From a virus, in IMG/VR virus record IMGVR_UViG_3300046171_000110, positions 26,794-90,793 of that record: a stretch of 64,000 nt of DNA, one strand, 5' to 3'. Positions 32,119-41,398 of this stretch are shown here, piece after piece. Within the stretch, counting starts at the first letter, position 1, and each line of letters starts with the position of its first letter. Below the pieces are notes generated by a model, which searched no databases, was not told where the DNA came from, and worked only from the letters and a program-made list of their open reading frames with translations. Both the position numbers and the translations under genes were made by a program.

Positions 32119-34671
32119 TCATAGAATTATATCAGCCGCTATGAACATCAGACTAAATTCATAAGCCTTCATCTCAGCATCCCTGTTGACATTGAAATCA
32201 CTAATCAAGCCACTGATACCGTTCTTTTCATGTCCTTCGGAAATGTGAGAAAAGTCACGGCTTGCATGAATAGTGTTGACGCTTGACATTTTATCCGATG
32301 TCTTTGCGTTATTGGTAGTCAAAAAGAAATTTCTTTGAGCGACTTCTGAGTCAAGAGTATCCTTCCCTTTAGTTGCTAGTGAATTGTAAGGTATCTGTAT
32401 ACCCCTAATATAGTCACCTTTGTCATCATCATTATTATAGACAGTTTGTTGAACGAACCCTGTGGTTACATCCAATACACTGTCAATAAAGGCAGACTTG
32501 CTATTTTGTATGTTCAAAAAGTTGTTACTGTTAGCCAATATACCAAACAAATCTTGTACTTTATCACCAGCACTCTTGACCTTTTTACCAGCCTTTCCAC
32601 CAGAAAAGTCTTGGATAACAGGTATTTGACCCGCACCTAGGTTTGTAACAATCTTGTTTTTCTGACCAAGGGAAGTTGCATATTTTTGTGTAATTGCGAG
32701 CCTAGCGTTATGCCCGTTATACGATTCCGATAGCGCTACAGAATATACATTATCCATTGTGGGAGCAGTATTAGATTTGTCTATATCCCTACCTAGACGC
32801 ATATAATCAGCCGTCAGTGCTTTAGATAGTAAGAATGCTATGTATTCGTCTGTCCTTGTAATGTCAGAGCCATGAGTAGTATTTCTTGCACTACCGTCTT
32901 GGAAGTTAGGGTGAGTAGGTCCTACTGCGTCTTCTGACAAATTACCACGCACATAAGTATCTGCGTTGTTGATTGGTAAAACAATAACTGGGGCAACATC
33001 AGTGCCCACAAAATTAGCGTTACCGTAATCAACTGGCTCAATAAAGATGTAATCGTTATCAGCATGAGTGCCACCTGTTTTGTTGAAATGAACAGTAATT
33101 GTACTAGATGTCACAGACACTACTTCTCCGTAATAATCTTCTCCACCACTAGTTTGTCTAGTCGGATAACCTGTTTCACTTGCACTAAAAGTGATTCTGT
33201 GACCGCGGGGAGATGATGTTTCAAACCAAGTGCGAGGGTCTCCGTCAACTGTAATGGTGGATACTAATGTGTTAGGAGGACTGCCCTGATTTATTCTCAT
33301 GCTGTTTATAGCCTGTTGAGTAGTAGCCCTTCTTCTTTGGTTAAGGAAGCCGTATGATTCTACTTTTGAACCAAGTAACTTATTGTCAAAGACTACTCTA
33401 ATATGTTCGACTTGATTTGAGTAGCGACCTGTTCCTGAATATTTGCCCATAATTAAATTCAAACCATATTTCCTAGCAAGGTAACCTTCTACATTTTGTC
33501 TATCATCGTCAGATAAAACAGAATTGTAAATTAACACCTCATAGATGTCACCCTTGAAATAATTACTACCGTCGTAACCTATCCTCAAAACACCACTTGA
33601 TGCCCCTGTATAATCTACGCCAGAAGTTTCTGTACCTACATTCGCTCCGTTGAAAAATATTTTTACCCTATCTGATATATTGTTAGAATCAGTATCTTCC
33701 ATGGTGTACGCAAACAAGGCAGCGTCGTGCCTTCTAAGGTTGATTTTAAATGGATTGGAGTTTTGATTGTCGGCACCGCCTGTATCTATCCATCTAGCAG
33801 TAAAGTTGGAATTAGTCGCCAAACTCTGCACATCTAAAGATAAGCCGTAACCGTTTGTAGCAGAGTCAAGAATTGGTTTATCTCCCGTATCCGTAGCCCT
33901 TGCTACTACAAATATTGTAAATTCATTAGAGTTTAAGTTAGTAGCGAATGGTATTTCTAAGTAGTCGTTAGTACCGTCAAAGAAAACACCTGTTTTACCA
34001 TTAACCCCGTTTTCTCTTAATAATGGTTTATTAGCCGCAGTGGGTTGAGTAGCATTTCTAGCAAATCCGCTAGCATCTGTCCAAGTCCCATCAGAGTAAT
34101 TTTCACCTTTCAACCAAAGTTGTAGATTTGTTTTGCTTGGATTGTCAAGTGCTTGATTTTGTTCTACCCAATAAGCCACAGGAAAATCGATGTATCTGGT
34201 TTGCCAATCGTCTAACACGGTGTTACCAAGTGCAGGTATAACTAAAGGAGTACTAGGTCTACTTATGCCACCTCCTAATCCCAACCCTTTGCCTGATTCT
34301 TTGGCTCCTCTACCAGTTTGCTCGTCGCTGCTTTTCTTCTGATTGTAGATGCTCTTTTCCTTTTCAGACATACCCCCGCCTTTTCCGGCGTTTGGATTTT
34401 CTGTTATGAGTGATTGTGGTTGGTAAAAATCGATTACTGCTTGAGACTGTACTGTTTCTTCTTGACCTGTTTCGTCAGTAAATACACCTTGTACTTCGAT
34501 AGCAACAGTCGCTTGATTCAAATCTATACCCATCTTCTTTGCATCAAAGAAAGGAATACCAAAGTTACTCACTTGTCTTTCTACTACTATGTCTACACTA
34601 GTTGCGTTAAGAGAGATTGTTTCACCGTTCTCTTGAACAAGGCGAATAGGCATTCTCTCTCCCGGCTTCAA
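32119..34671 (-). CDS. Putative distal-tail (Dit-like) protein, paralog A, with inserted LamG domain
   Basis: Follows the TMP position; LamG NLQLWLK..FFDG..FKGDIYEVLIYN..YLARKYG at ~33460-34130; start TTG 34671 or ATG 34653. Confidence 0.6.
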   Translation of the reverse strand: MKPGERMPIRLVQENGETISLNATSVDIVVERQVSNFGIPFFDAKKMGIDLNQATVAIEVQGVFTDETGQEETVQSQAVIDFYQPQSLITENPNAGKGGGMSEKEKSIYNQKKSSDEQTGRGAKESGKGLGLGGGISRPSTPLVIPALGNTVLDDWQTRYIDFPVAYWVEQNQALDNPSKTNLQLWLKGENYSDGTWTDASGFARNATQPTAANKPLLRENGVNGKTGVFFDGTNDYLEIPFATNLNSNEFTIFVVARATDTGDKPILDSATNGYGLSLDVQSLATNSNFTARWIDTGGADNQNSNPFKINLRRHDAALFAYTMEDTDSNNISDRVKIFFNGANVGTETSGVDYTGASSGVLRIGYDGSNYFKGDIYEVLIYNSVLSDDDRQNVEGYLARKYGLNLIMGKYSGTGRYSNQVEHIRVVFDNKLLGSKVESYGFLNQRRRATTQQAINSMRINQGSPPNTLVSTITVDGDPRTWFETSSPRGHRITFSASETGYPTRQTSGGEDYYGEVVSVTSSTITVHFNKTGGTHADNDYIFIEPVDYGNANFVGTDVAPVIVLPINNADTYVRGNLSEDAVGPTHPNFQDGSARNTTHGSDITRTDEYIAFLLSKALTADYMRLGRDIDKSNTAPTMDNVYSVALSESYNGHNARLAITQKYATSLGQKNKIVTNLGAGQIPVIQDFSGGKAGKKVKSAGDKVQDLFGILANSNNFLNIQNSKSAFIDSVLDVTTGFVQQTVYNNDDDKGDYIRGIQIPYNSLATKGKDTLDSEVAQRNFFLTTNNAKTSDKMSSVNTIHASRDFSHISEGHEKNGISGLISDFNVNRDAEMKAYEFSLMFIAADIIL

Positions 34672-34672
34672 A

Positions 34673-35083
34673 TCAACCACTCCTGTTGAAACCACTTTGT
34701 GTTAATGAGCCGCCAATCTTAGATTTGAGTTCTTTAGTAACCATGGCGCTTATTTCTTTGGCTAAAGTACGCTTGTCTGTTTTGTCGGTAACTCCACTGA
34801 CATCTATCTTTAGATTGACTGTTACATTAGTCTCTTGATTTACTCCACCGCCTGTTACAGGTGATGCTGTTTCGCCTATACTTTGCTGCATTGGCTCGGT
34901 CTTACTCATGTCTCTAAGAGACTTAGTTAAATCAATTGTATTCGTTTTGGTCATAGCCATTGATTTAGTGAACTTGTCCATTTGTTGCTGCAAAGCCTGC
35001 ATGTTCTCTTTAGCAGTTTTGCTGTATTCACTAAAGTTTTTCATGGATTCTACTGTCCTTGGGTCTATGTTATCGTCTACCAT
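34673..35083 (-). CDS. Putative miniature tape measure protein (136 aa)
   Basis: Canonical slot between chaperones and Dit; helical N-half; TMP-like C-terminus NVTVNLKIDVSG...LAKEISAMV..EL. Confidence 0.55.
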   Translation of the reverse strand: MVDDNIDPRTVESMKNFSEYSKTAKENMQALQQQMDKFTKSMAMTKTNTIDLTKSLRDMSKTEPMQQSIGETASPVTGGGVNQETNVTVNLKIDVSGVTDKTDKRTLAKEISAMVTKELKSKIGGSLTQSGFNRSG

Positions 35084-35090
35084 TATTTTT

Positions 35091-35294
35091 TCACCCCATC
35101 ATCACTTCAAGTATACTAAACTTAGAATCTTGCTTGAATAACATTGTATATCCACATTCATTACAACTGATTGCGTTGTATTTTTTATTTGAATAATTGA
35201 ATAAACGACTCCACTTACCTTGCATGATTACAATGTCATTCTCCATATTCTGACTGTTACAAACTAAACATATCAAGTTATTCATTTCATTCAC
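35091..35294 (-). CDS. Zn-ribbon protein (DUF2082-like), AT-rich insert
   Basis: CLVC..SRLFN..NKKY.AISCNECGYT; ~29% GC by hand count of 35101-35280. Confidence 0.7.
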   Translation of the reverse strand: MNEMNNLICLVCNSQNMENDIVIMQGKWSRLFNYSNKKYNAISCNECGYTMLFKQDSKFSILEVMMG

Positions 35295-35494
35295 TCCGTC
35301 ATAGCCACTAAGTCGTAGCCCAAATAAACTGCGCCTTCGGCAGCCTGCTCTTCACCTTGCATAGCCTGAGCCCAGTAAAGAAGTTGCTTGGCATCATCTA
35401 TGTTCAAGTGTCTCACATCCTGTAGTGTCATATTGTAGTGTGTCATCAGTAAATATTCCATTGCTTGTTTCTGATAGCGAAGCCGGTCACTCAC
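35291..35494 (-). CDS. Tail assembly chaperone, GT-like second ORF
   Basis: YLLMTHYNMTLQDVRHL pattern; reachable by -1 frameshift from the upstream ORF. Confidence 0.6.
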   Translation of the reverse strand: MSDRLRYQKQAMEYLLMTHYNMTLQDVRHLNIDDAKQLLYWAQAMQGEEQAAEGAVYLGYDLVAMTE

Positions 35495-35826
35495 AGGTCT
35501 CCCGTTGATGAAGAACTTGATTTGTCCGACTTCGCTGGCCGAAAAACTAACCAGTCCATGACCTGACTTGGGTCTGGTAAAAGGCTAGTAAGTTTATTGC
35601 CATCTTCTGGAGACAGGCCCTCTATGTCAATTTCTATAGATTGCCCATCTGGATTTGTGTAACTGAGCCAGTGGCTAAAAGCATGTCGCCAGTAGTCCGA
35701 AAAGTCTAGGCTACCGTGAGTCATCAGCGGGGCTACTTTCTGTATATGGTAAAAGGTCAGTCGCCGCTTACTAACTTCTATTGGTTTGCCGTCTATCGTT
35801 ATCTTACTCTTGTTCTCCTGTGACAT
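35491..35826 (-). CDS. Tail assembly chaperone, G-like
   Basis: Position after tail tube; U-run GTT TTT CGG near the 3' end. Confidence 0.6.
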   Translation of the reverse strand: MSQENKSKITIDGKPIEVSKRRLTFYHIQKVAPLMTHGSLDFSDYWRHAFSHWLSYTNPDGQSIEIDIEGLSPEDGNKLTSLLPDPSQVMDWLVFRPAKSDKSSSSSTGDL

Positions 35827-36037
35827 ACTTACTCACTTCCTCATCGGATAGTGCCTCTTCCGAGGGGCTATCCTCCAGTTTCAGGTGAGCGAATGGGTTA
35901 TCACTGGCTCGCCCTGCTTCTGGGTCGAAGAGGTATTCTCCACCCTCTTCCTCTTCTTCTTGTAGATTCTCATTTATTTGCTTGTGAAAAACTGCTTCCA
36001 ATACTGCATTCATAGACCGTCTAATTCTCATCGGCAT
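35804..36037 (-). CDS. Small acidic hypothetical protein
   Basis: GAGGAG RBS; lies between tail tube and chaperone genes. Confidence 0.55.
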   Translation of the reverse strand: MPMRIRRSMNAVLEAVFHKQINENLQEEEEEGGEYLFDPEAGRASDNPFAHLKLEDSPSEEALSDEEVSKYVTGEQE

Positions 36038-36046
36038 ATTATCTCC

Positions 36047-38080
36047 TCAGCAGTGGTAAATTGTATCTTCACTAATCACTTTGACATTCTGTGGCTTGAT
36101 TTTCATTGTTGTGAACAGCAGCCCCTTGTCGTCAGGTACAGGTATTGCTAACTCAGTTATGAAGTAATCGTCTGCAATGATTCTCAAACTTGGAGTTGTA
36201 CCCGACCCTGTAGTGACAGGTTTGGTGAAATGCAGCATGATAGTACCCCCGGTTGCGCCAGCAGTGCCACCGCGCTGAATGTGAGTTCTTAATTCGTGAT
36301 AGAGAGAAGCATTTTCCAAAGCAATAGTGACTTCCATGTCAAAGTTTTCTTTACCTTCTCTAATAATAGATGCGTTGCGAGTACCGCCATAGGGCACCTG
36401 CTTGATACTGAGATTATCTGAGTTTACAGTCTCAGGTATAGGGTTGCTTTGGATAGTGTGGAAAACTTCTACACCTGTCTTACCCTTCAACTCAAACGCA
36501 CTAACGAATCCTAAGTTTTGGTCAAAAGCGCTGATTGTCCCGTTGTAAAACATAAATGGTTTCTCAGAACCCTTTGCTATACCTGATGCCTTTTTCTCAG
36601 CCAGCCCTGTGGCAACATTCTGGAACATTCGGTTAGCCGTGTATCTATCACCTTTGTTAGCGCTCTCTAGTCTACCTGTATCTGTATAGCAAGAAAGAGC
36701 GTCGAATACAGCACGATACTTTAGTTCAGCATCTACTGTACTAGTCAATTCATACTCAACTATTTTACAGCCTTTGAAAACTCTAGTCAATTGTTTTGTG
36801 TCACCAGCCGAGCCGGGCGCTATTGTAGTCTCACCAGCACTGTTGAAAGAACCTAAGTCTCTAGTTCTCACACTGTGTTCTATAGAAAAACTAGGCACAG
36901 TTTCTCCAGAAAACAAAAGCCTTCTGACAGGGTGGAGTATTTTTCTATTAGTATCTACATGAGGGCTACCAAAATTACCATCAGTACTACCGTCAGCGTA
37001 TTTTCTTAACTCAATGTCGTCAGTCGTTGTATGTTCAAACTGCCAAGGGTCGTCAACATAAAGTCTGTAATTTCCACCAGTCAAGGCTTCTATTGCAGAA
37101 ATCCTCCTACATTCGCTGCTTTCCGCCCATTCAAAGTGATGAGCATCAGAAGAAAGACCTGCGCCGTTTGGCCAGTAAATATTACTACCGGCTCCTAAAT
37201 CAGGCGCTTTGTAGGTAGTAGTCGGAACACGAGTGCCGTCTTTGATAAGTAAGTAATTACCTACTGCTGCGGTAGCACCTTTTATTGTAAGTGTACTGAC
37301 ATCTACATGCCCTTGGCCGGGATGAATGTTTGTGACAGGATTTACTGCTGAACCTGCACTAGCAGTTCCGCAATTGTTTTGGTCAACTACTTCTCTACCA
37401 AGGCTGTAGTAAAGCCACTTTGGACTATGTAGTGGCATTTCTATAGAGCCGCCCATGTGATGGACTTTTCCTGTCTGTTGAACCGCTACTTGCCTACCTA
37501 AACCAACTACATGATAACTGTGCAAATCAACCTTAGTGTCGGGTAATGTCATGAAAGAAGCGAGCCCTAGAAAGCCGTCTATCAGACTAGCCTCCTTTGT
37601 TTGGGAAGCATTCGCATGTAAGACTGTTTCATTATTACCAGCAACAGTTGGTAAACCAGTCGAATGGATGAGAATGCTGTCACCTGTGCCACTGGTCACT
37701 GACGCTTGTGTAAGCGCAGGTACAATCTTAATCTTAGTCACTGAATCAAATGTATGGTCTATGATTGTGTACAAACGACTCTTCATGTCAGTGTAATAGT
37801 AAGAAGAAAAATTGTTTTGACCAGACGCAGTGGAATGAAACGACATCTTCTGACCAATCAGCATACCTACAGGAACTTTTAGCGCAGCCTTAGCACTCTC
37901 AAATATACTAGCGTTACCAGACGCTGTCCCTGCAAATAATATCTCTGTATGTGTGGGATTATTAATGTCAGTAGTGGCTGTCCAAGTACAGGGCTCGTTG
38001 TGCTCAATCATCAGGCTTGTTTCATGCCCCATGACAACTTCTGAGACATCTCCCTTATAGTGAGCACCAAAACCACTCAT
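36047..38080 (-). CDS. Major tail tube protein with inserted accessory domains
   Basis: GGSIEMP..WLYYSLG, PSFSIE, FKGCKI, PFMFY.G.I and I.EG patterns; follows terminator; no sheath gene present. Confidence 0.7.
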   Translation of the reverse strand: MSGFGAHYKGDVSEVVMGHETSLMIEHNEPCTWTATTDINNPTHTEILFAGTASGNASIFESAKAALKVPVGMLIGQKMSFHSTASGQNNFSSYYYTDMKSRLYTIIDHTFDSVTKIKIVPALTQASVTSGTGDSILIHSTGLPTVAGNNETVLHANASQTKEASLIDGFLGLASFMTLPDTKVDLHSYHVVGLGRQVAVQQTGKVHHMGGSIEMPLHSPKWLYYSLGREVVDQNNCGTASAGSAVNPVTNIHPGQGHVDVSTLTIKGATAAVGNYLLIKDGTRVPTTTYKAPDLGAGSNIYWPNGAGLSSDAHHFEWAESSECRRISAIEALTGGNYRLYVDDPWQFEHTTTDDIELRKYADGSTDGNFGSPHVDTNRKILHPVRRLLFSGETVPSFSIEHSVRTRDLGSFNSAGETTIAPGSAGDTKQLTRVFKGCKIVEYELTSTVDAELKYRAVFDALSCYTDTGRLESANKGDRYTANRMFQNVATGLAEKKASGIAKGSEKPFMFYNGTISAFDQNLGFVSAFELKGKTGVEVFHTIQSNPIPETVNSDNLSIKQVPYGGTRNASIIREGKENFDMEVTIALENASLYHELRTHIQRGGTAGATGGTIMLHFTKPVTTGSGTTPSLRIIADDYFITELAIPVPDDKGLLFTTMKIKPQNVKVISEDTIYHC

Positions 38081-38550
38081 GGTATCATCTCCGCTAGTAT
38101 TACAACTTCTACTTGGAATGTATGCCTAAACAGTTTCTTGGTTCGGTCTGACAGGTCAGTACGAGTCTTGAGAACCATACGGTCAAAGTTTTCTCCGTCA
38201 CCCTTTCTACTGTTGTGGATAACTCTTCTCATTTCGTTCTCCATCTTTCTTAGCCTAGAACGACCTCTTGATGTTCTCATGTCGACTGTAATATTGTAAC
38301 GGGTGGTGACGAAATTGTACATCAAATCAGGCACTTCTTCGTTCTGGGCTGTCTCATAGCATAGAATGTAATCATGTCTTTGTAAATCAATACGCTTACC
38401 TCTCTCAGGCGTTTCGTTGGCAATGTCTACAATTACAGGCTTTACATTGTCAGTATTGGCTCTGTTCCAACCCTTGTCGGTGCCAGAGTCATAATTCGCT
38501 GCCAGTATGTCGATGACTGTCTCAAGAGGCTCTTTCCATGTAGCAACCAT
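38077..38550 (-). CDS. Putative tail terminator/completion protein
   Basis: 157 aa; ITVDMRT..EMRRVI..F.VEV pattern; between adaptor and tube. Confidence 0.6.
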   Translation of the reverse strand: MVATWKEPLETVIDILAANYDSGTDKGWNRANTDNVKPVIVDIANETPERGKRIDLQRHDYILCYETAQNEEVPDLMYNFVTTRYNITVDMRTSRGRSRLRKMENEMRRVIHNSRKGDGENFDRMVLKTRTDLSDRTKKLFRHTFQVEVVILAEMIP

Positions 38551-40130
38551 TAAGAAAACACCACCACTTCTTTGTAGCGGGTTAACAGTTCTTCTGCTTC
38601 TTTTCTAAACAATTGAATCTTAGAACCCAAGTCAACATTCTGCGAGCCCTCTGGTATCAAGACGCTGCGGTCATCTGATAGTAGTAAATCAGCCGCTACC
38701 ATCTTAGTAGCAGCCTCTTCTATAGCCTTCTCAAGATATCTTTCGCCATATATGTAAGATACCTTAACAGAGTTGTGTTCAAAGAAAGGATATGAATTAT
38801 TGAAGTAAATTATACCCATTTCTGAATCAATCCACCAATCACGCAGTCTCGCTTGGTCACCACTAGAGGAGCCGCCTTGTAAATCGAGTTGAAGCAAGTG
38901 CTGAGTAATAGTTCCACTAGGCGCTAGTGAACCTACTACAATTCCACAATCTTCGAATGCAGTAGCAGTAACTCTTCCATAACGAACTATATTGGTTCCG
39001 TCTGTAAATACACCTGCTTTAGCAAACCCAGCCGTACTGTCTACAGTTACTACACTACCTAACACGCTAGCAACTGTAGCGGTGTTCGTAGTAACTTGTG
39101 TAAAATTTATATCAGTAGAATTGCTGACTATGCTACAAACTTCACCTGCTTTAGTCTGTTTCATACTAGTGACTTTCAATTCTCCACTACCATAGTCAGA
39201 GTTAGCACTCGCAAAAAATTCATTATGGACATTTGCTGCAACATTGTTTGAGCCTTCTGGATAAAAAATAGGTATGAATGTTGAAATTGACTTTCCTACT
39301 CTGTCTTCGTTGTTAATCAAATCAGCAAGGCTTTGTGCAGCGCTGATTTTGTCAGTAGCAACTGACCACTTTAATCCGCTTGTTCCTGCCGAACTTAAAG
39401 ACTCAGCCTCTAATTTTGCTGCACTGCCGTTACCGGGTGATAATACGATTGATTTACCTGCAAGTGTTCTAACATCATCTGGTAATTGTATACGAACCTC
39501 AGCGCCACATATCTCTCTATAGTCTTCACCTTGCCACATTTCTATCCTAAGCATTTGTTGAACATTTCTAAACAATAAAGGCGTAGTACCAACATAGTCA
39601 GTAAAGTATCTGCGTCTGTATGGTTTGTATGTATCAAAGTTTAGGTATTCCGCCGAGACTAGATAAGGTCTCCAAGCATTATGAGTGATGTTGTCAATGC
39701 GGTCTTGTACTTCTTTGATTCTAGTCTCTACGGTAGAGCGCTTCATGCCACGAGTTTTACCATTAGTAAATGATGCTAAGTTCTGTACATACCCATTGTC
39801 TGTAGTTTCGTAAAGGCCGGGATTTATCGAACCGATAAATGATAACTTCACACCACTTGCTGTAGAGGTTATGCTTGTTATTGGTCTTTCTACCCCTAAC
39901 GGGTCAGCATCGCTGTAAATTAATATTGTATCTCCAGCCGAAAATCCAATGTTTCTGTAATCTCCGCCTGTAACAAACACTGCATTTGCCTCTGCATTTG
40001 CAGACATTAGTACTGCTTCACTAGGGCCTATGCCAAGTAAGTCTGCAACTTTTTGAGCAGTAGTGTAGACTATTGCATCAGGGTCGAAAGGTCGAGTCTC
40101 AGGCTCTCCGGGTGAAAATACTACAGGCAT
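38550..40130 (-). CDS. Putative head-tail adaptor with large inserted beta domains
   Basis: YTTAQKVADLL, RIKEVQDRID..W, VKVSYIYG..AIEEAATKMVAADLL typical of connector proteins. Confidence 0.65.
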   Translation of the reverse strand: MPVVFSPGEPETRPFDPDAIVYTTAQKVADLLGIGPSEAVLMSANAEANAVFVTGGDYRNIGFSAGDTILIYSDADPLGVERPITSITSTASGVKLSFIGSINPGLYETTDNGYVQNLASFTNGKTRGMKRSTVETRIKEVQDRIDNITHNAWRPYLVSAEYLNFDTYKPYRRRYFTDYVGTTPLLFRNVQQMLRIEMWQGEDYREICGAEVRIQLPDDVRTLAGKSIVLSPGNGSAAKLEAESLSSAGTSGLKWSVATDKISAAQSLADLINNEDRVGKSISTFIPIFYPEGSNNVAANVHNEFFASANSDYGSGELKVTSMKQTKAGEVCSIVSNSTDINFTQVTTNTATVASVLGSVVTVDSTAGFAKAGVFTDGTNIVRYGRVTATAFEDCGIVVGSLAPSGTITQHLLQLDLQGGSSSGDQARLRDWWIDSEMGIIYFNNSYPFFEHNSVKVSYIYGERYLEKAIEEAATKMVAADLLLSDDRSVLIPEGSQNVDLGSKIQLFRKEAEELLTRYKEVVVFS

Positions 40131-40165
40131 ATGTCATCCCCTTAACTAAGCCATGACACGATACA

Positions 40166-40173
40166 TGATTAAA
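40166..40173 (-). promoter_or_regulatory. Putative TATA-like box for the neck/tail operon
   Basis: TTTAATCA in the intergenic gap before ATG 40130, followed by a GGGGATGA RBS. Confidence 0.35.
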
Positions 40174-40174
40174 T

Positions 40175-40459
40175 CTACTGCTCTTTCACTCCCAGATTGA
40201 ATTCCATCTGCTTGCCGCATGTTCTACACTTATCGACCCAACAGAAGTAAAGCATACCGCAACTTTTGCATCGTGTGCCGCTACCGATGTTCAGTACATC
40301 ACCAGCGTTCTTGTTACGGTTGCGCTGCTTCATAGTAAACCCAGCAAGTGGGTTGTCTTCGTTAGTTCTAACAGAAGCACCGTAAGACTCGTCTAGCCTG
40401 ATGCCACGCTTCTGCAAGCGCTTTATGTCATCAAGACCAAGGTTACCAAAAGATTCCAT
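40175..40459 (-). CDS. Zn-ribbon hypothetical protein
   Basis: CKSCG..CRTCG; AGGTGG RBS. Confidence 0.7.
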   Translation of the reverse strand: MESFGNLGLDDIKRLQKRGIRLDESYGASVRTNEDNPLAGFTMKQRNRNKNAGDVLNIGSGTRCKSCGMLYFCWVDKCRTCGKQMEFNLGVKEQ

Positions 40460-40468
40460 TCAACCACC

Positions 40469-40642
40469 TTAAGATGTGGTTACGAATATGTAGATGTTAC
40501 CAAGTATAACTTGAGGGTCAGCAGAAACGCATGTGTTACCACCTATAGCAGTGCTTATTGCAGTTTGTATAGTGGTTTTTCCACTACTAGTGTTAAAGTC
40601 TGCCTGTGCAAACGGGCCAAGTATCGTTACTGTTGTTGCCAA
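40469..40642 (-). CDS. Small putative virion protein (57 aa, TTG start, not in ORF track)
   Basis: AGGTGA RBS then TTG; MATTVTILGPFAQADF...GNIYIFVTTS fills the gap exactly. Confidence 0.6.
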   Translation of the reverse strand: MATTVTILGPFAQADFNTSSGKTTIQTAISTAIGGNTCVSADPQVILGNIYIFVTTS

Positions 40643-40671
40643 TCAAATCACCTTCTGCTGGGTGAAACGCC

Positions 40672-40956
40672 TTAATTACGGGGACCTATAGCAAACCATG
40701 TGCCTGCTTCACGAGCCGGAGTTTTTAATGTTAATGTTGTTCCACTAATTAACGCAAACGGCCCTGCGGTACCTGCACTTTGGGCCGAAGTAGATAAATC
40801 AGTATTAGCACCACATACGACTATTTTTGCCAATAAGTCAGAAAGGTCTATGTTTCCTCCTGTATCACTGATGCCTTCGTTTTTAAATGTCCCAGTAACC
40901 ATCAATAAGTTACCTAATGTATGAGGTCTTGTGTCTACTGTGCTTAAAAATGCCAT
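40672..40956 (-). CDS. Putative capsid decoration/minor virion protein
   Basis: 94 aa beta-rich protein downstream of MCP. Confidence 0.5.
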   Translation of the reverse strand: MAFLSTVDTRPHTLGNLLMVTGTFKNEGISDTGGNIDLSDLLAKIVVCGANTDLSTSAQSAGTAGPFALISGTTLTLKTPAREAGTWFAIGPRN

Positions 40957-41387
40957 TATTCTTCAACTCCGTCTGTTTCTACGATAGTGTCTTCGACTAT
41001 AACCTTTTCTACCACTTCTTCTGCTACAGGCTCAGGAGCGACCTCCTCAACCACTGGCTCTGGTGCCGGTGGATTGAGTGTGGTCTTTACCTTGTCCAAG
41101 AGTTTTGCTTTAGTAGCATACCCTTTGATAGATACTCCTTTCTCTTTTAGCCATCCTGTGATATCCTTCTTAGTCCAACCTTCGTCAGGTAGTCCGTCGT
41201 TTCCTTCGTCTACCGTGACACCTTCGTCGCCTTCTATGAGTAGATTCTTAGGACCCTTTTGTCTTGTCCAGTGTCTGTATTTGTCCAGCCACTCTTGGGA
41301 AACTTCTCTAACTTCGCCACGATGCATTTCTGTGTCGTCTCGTAATTTGAGATAAGGGTTAGAACCTATGTAGGTTATCTTGGGCAA
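40956..41387 (-). CDS. Protein with HeH/LEM-like motif and acidic tail
   Basis: WTKKDITGWLKEKGV...TKAKLL; a common post-MCP gene type; TTG start after GAGGTGA. Confidence 0.6.
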   Translation of the reverse strand: MPKITYIGSNPYLKLRDDTEMHRGEVREVSQEWLDKYRHWTRQKGPKNLLIEGDEGVTVDEGNDGLPDEGWTKKDITGWLKEKGVSIKGYATKAKLLDKVKTTLNPPAPEPVVEEVAPEPVAEEVVEKVIVEDTIVETDGVEE

Positions 41388-41398
41388 GTTTCCTCACC

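Noticed and set aside
12700-34671. Diversity-generating retroelement acting on tail adhesins
   Set aside because: No reverse transcriptase and no near-identical template/variable repeat pair seen; the LamG copies are too diverged.
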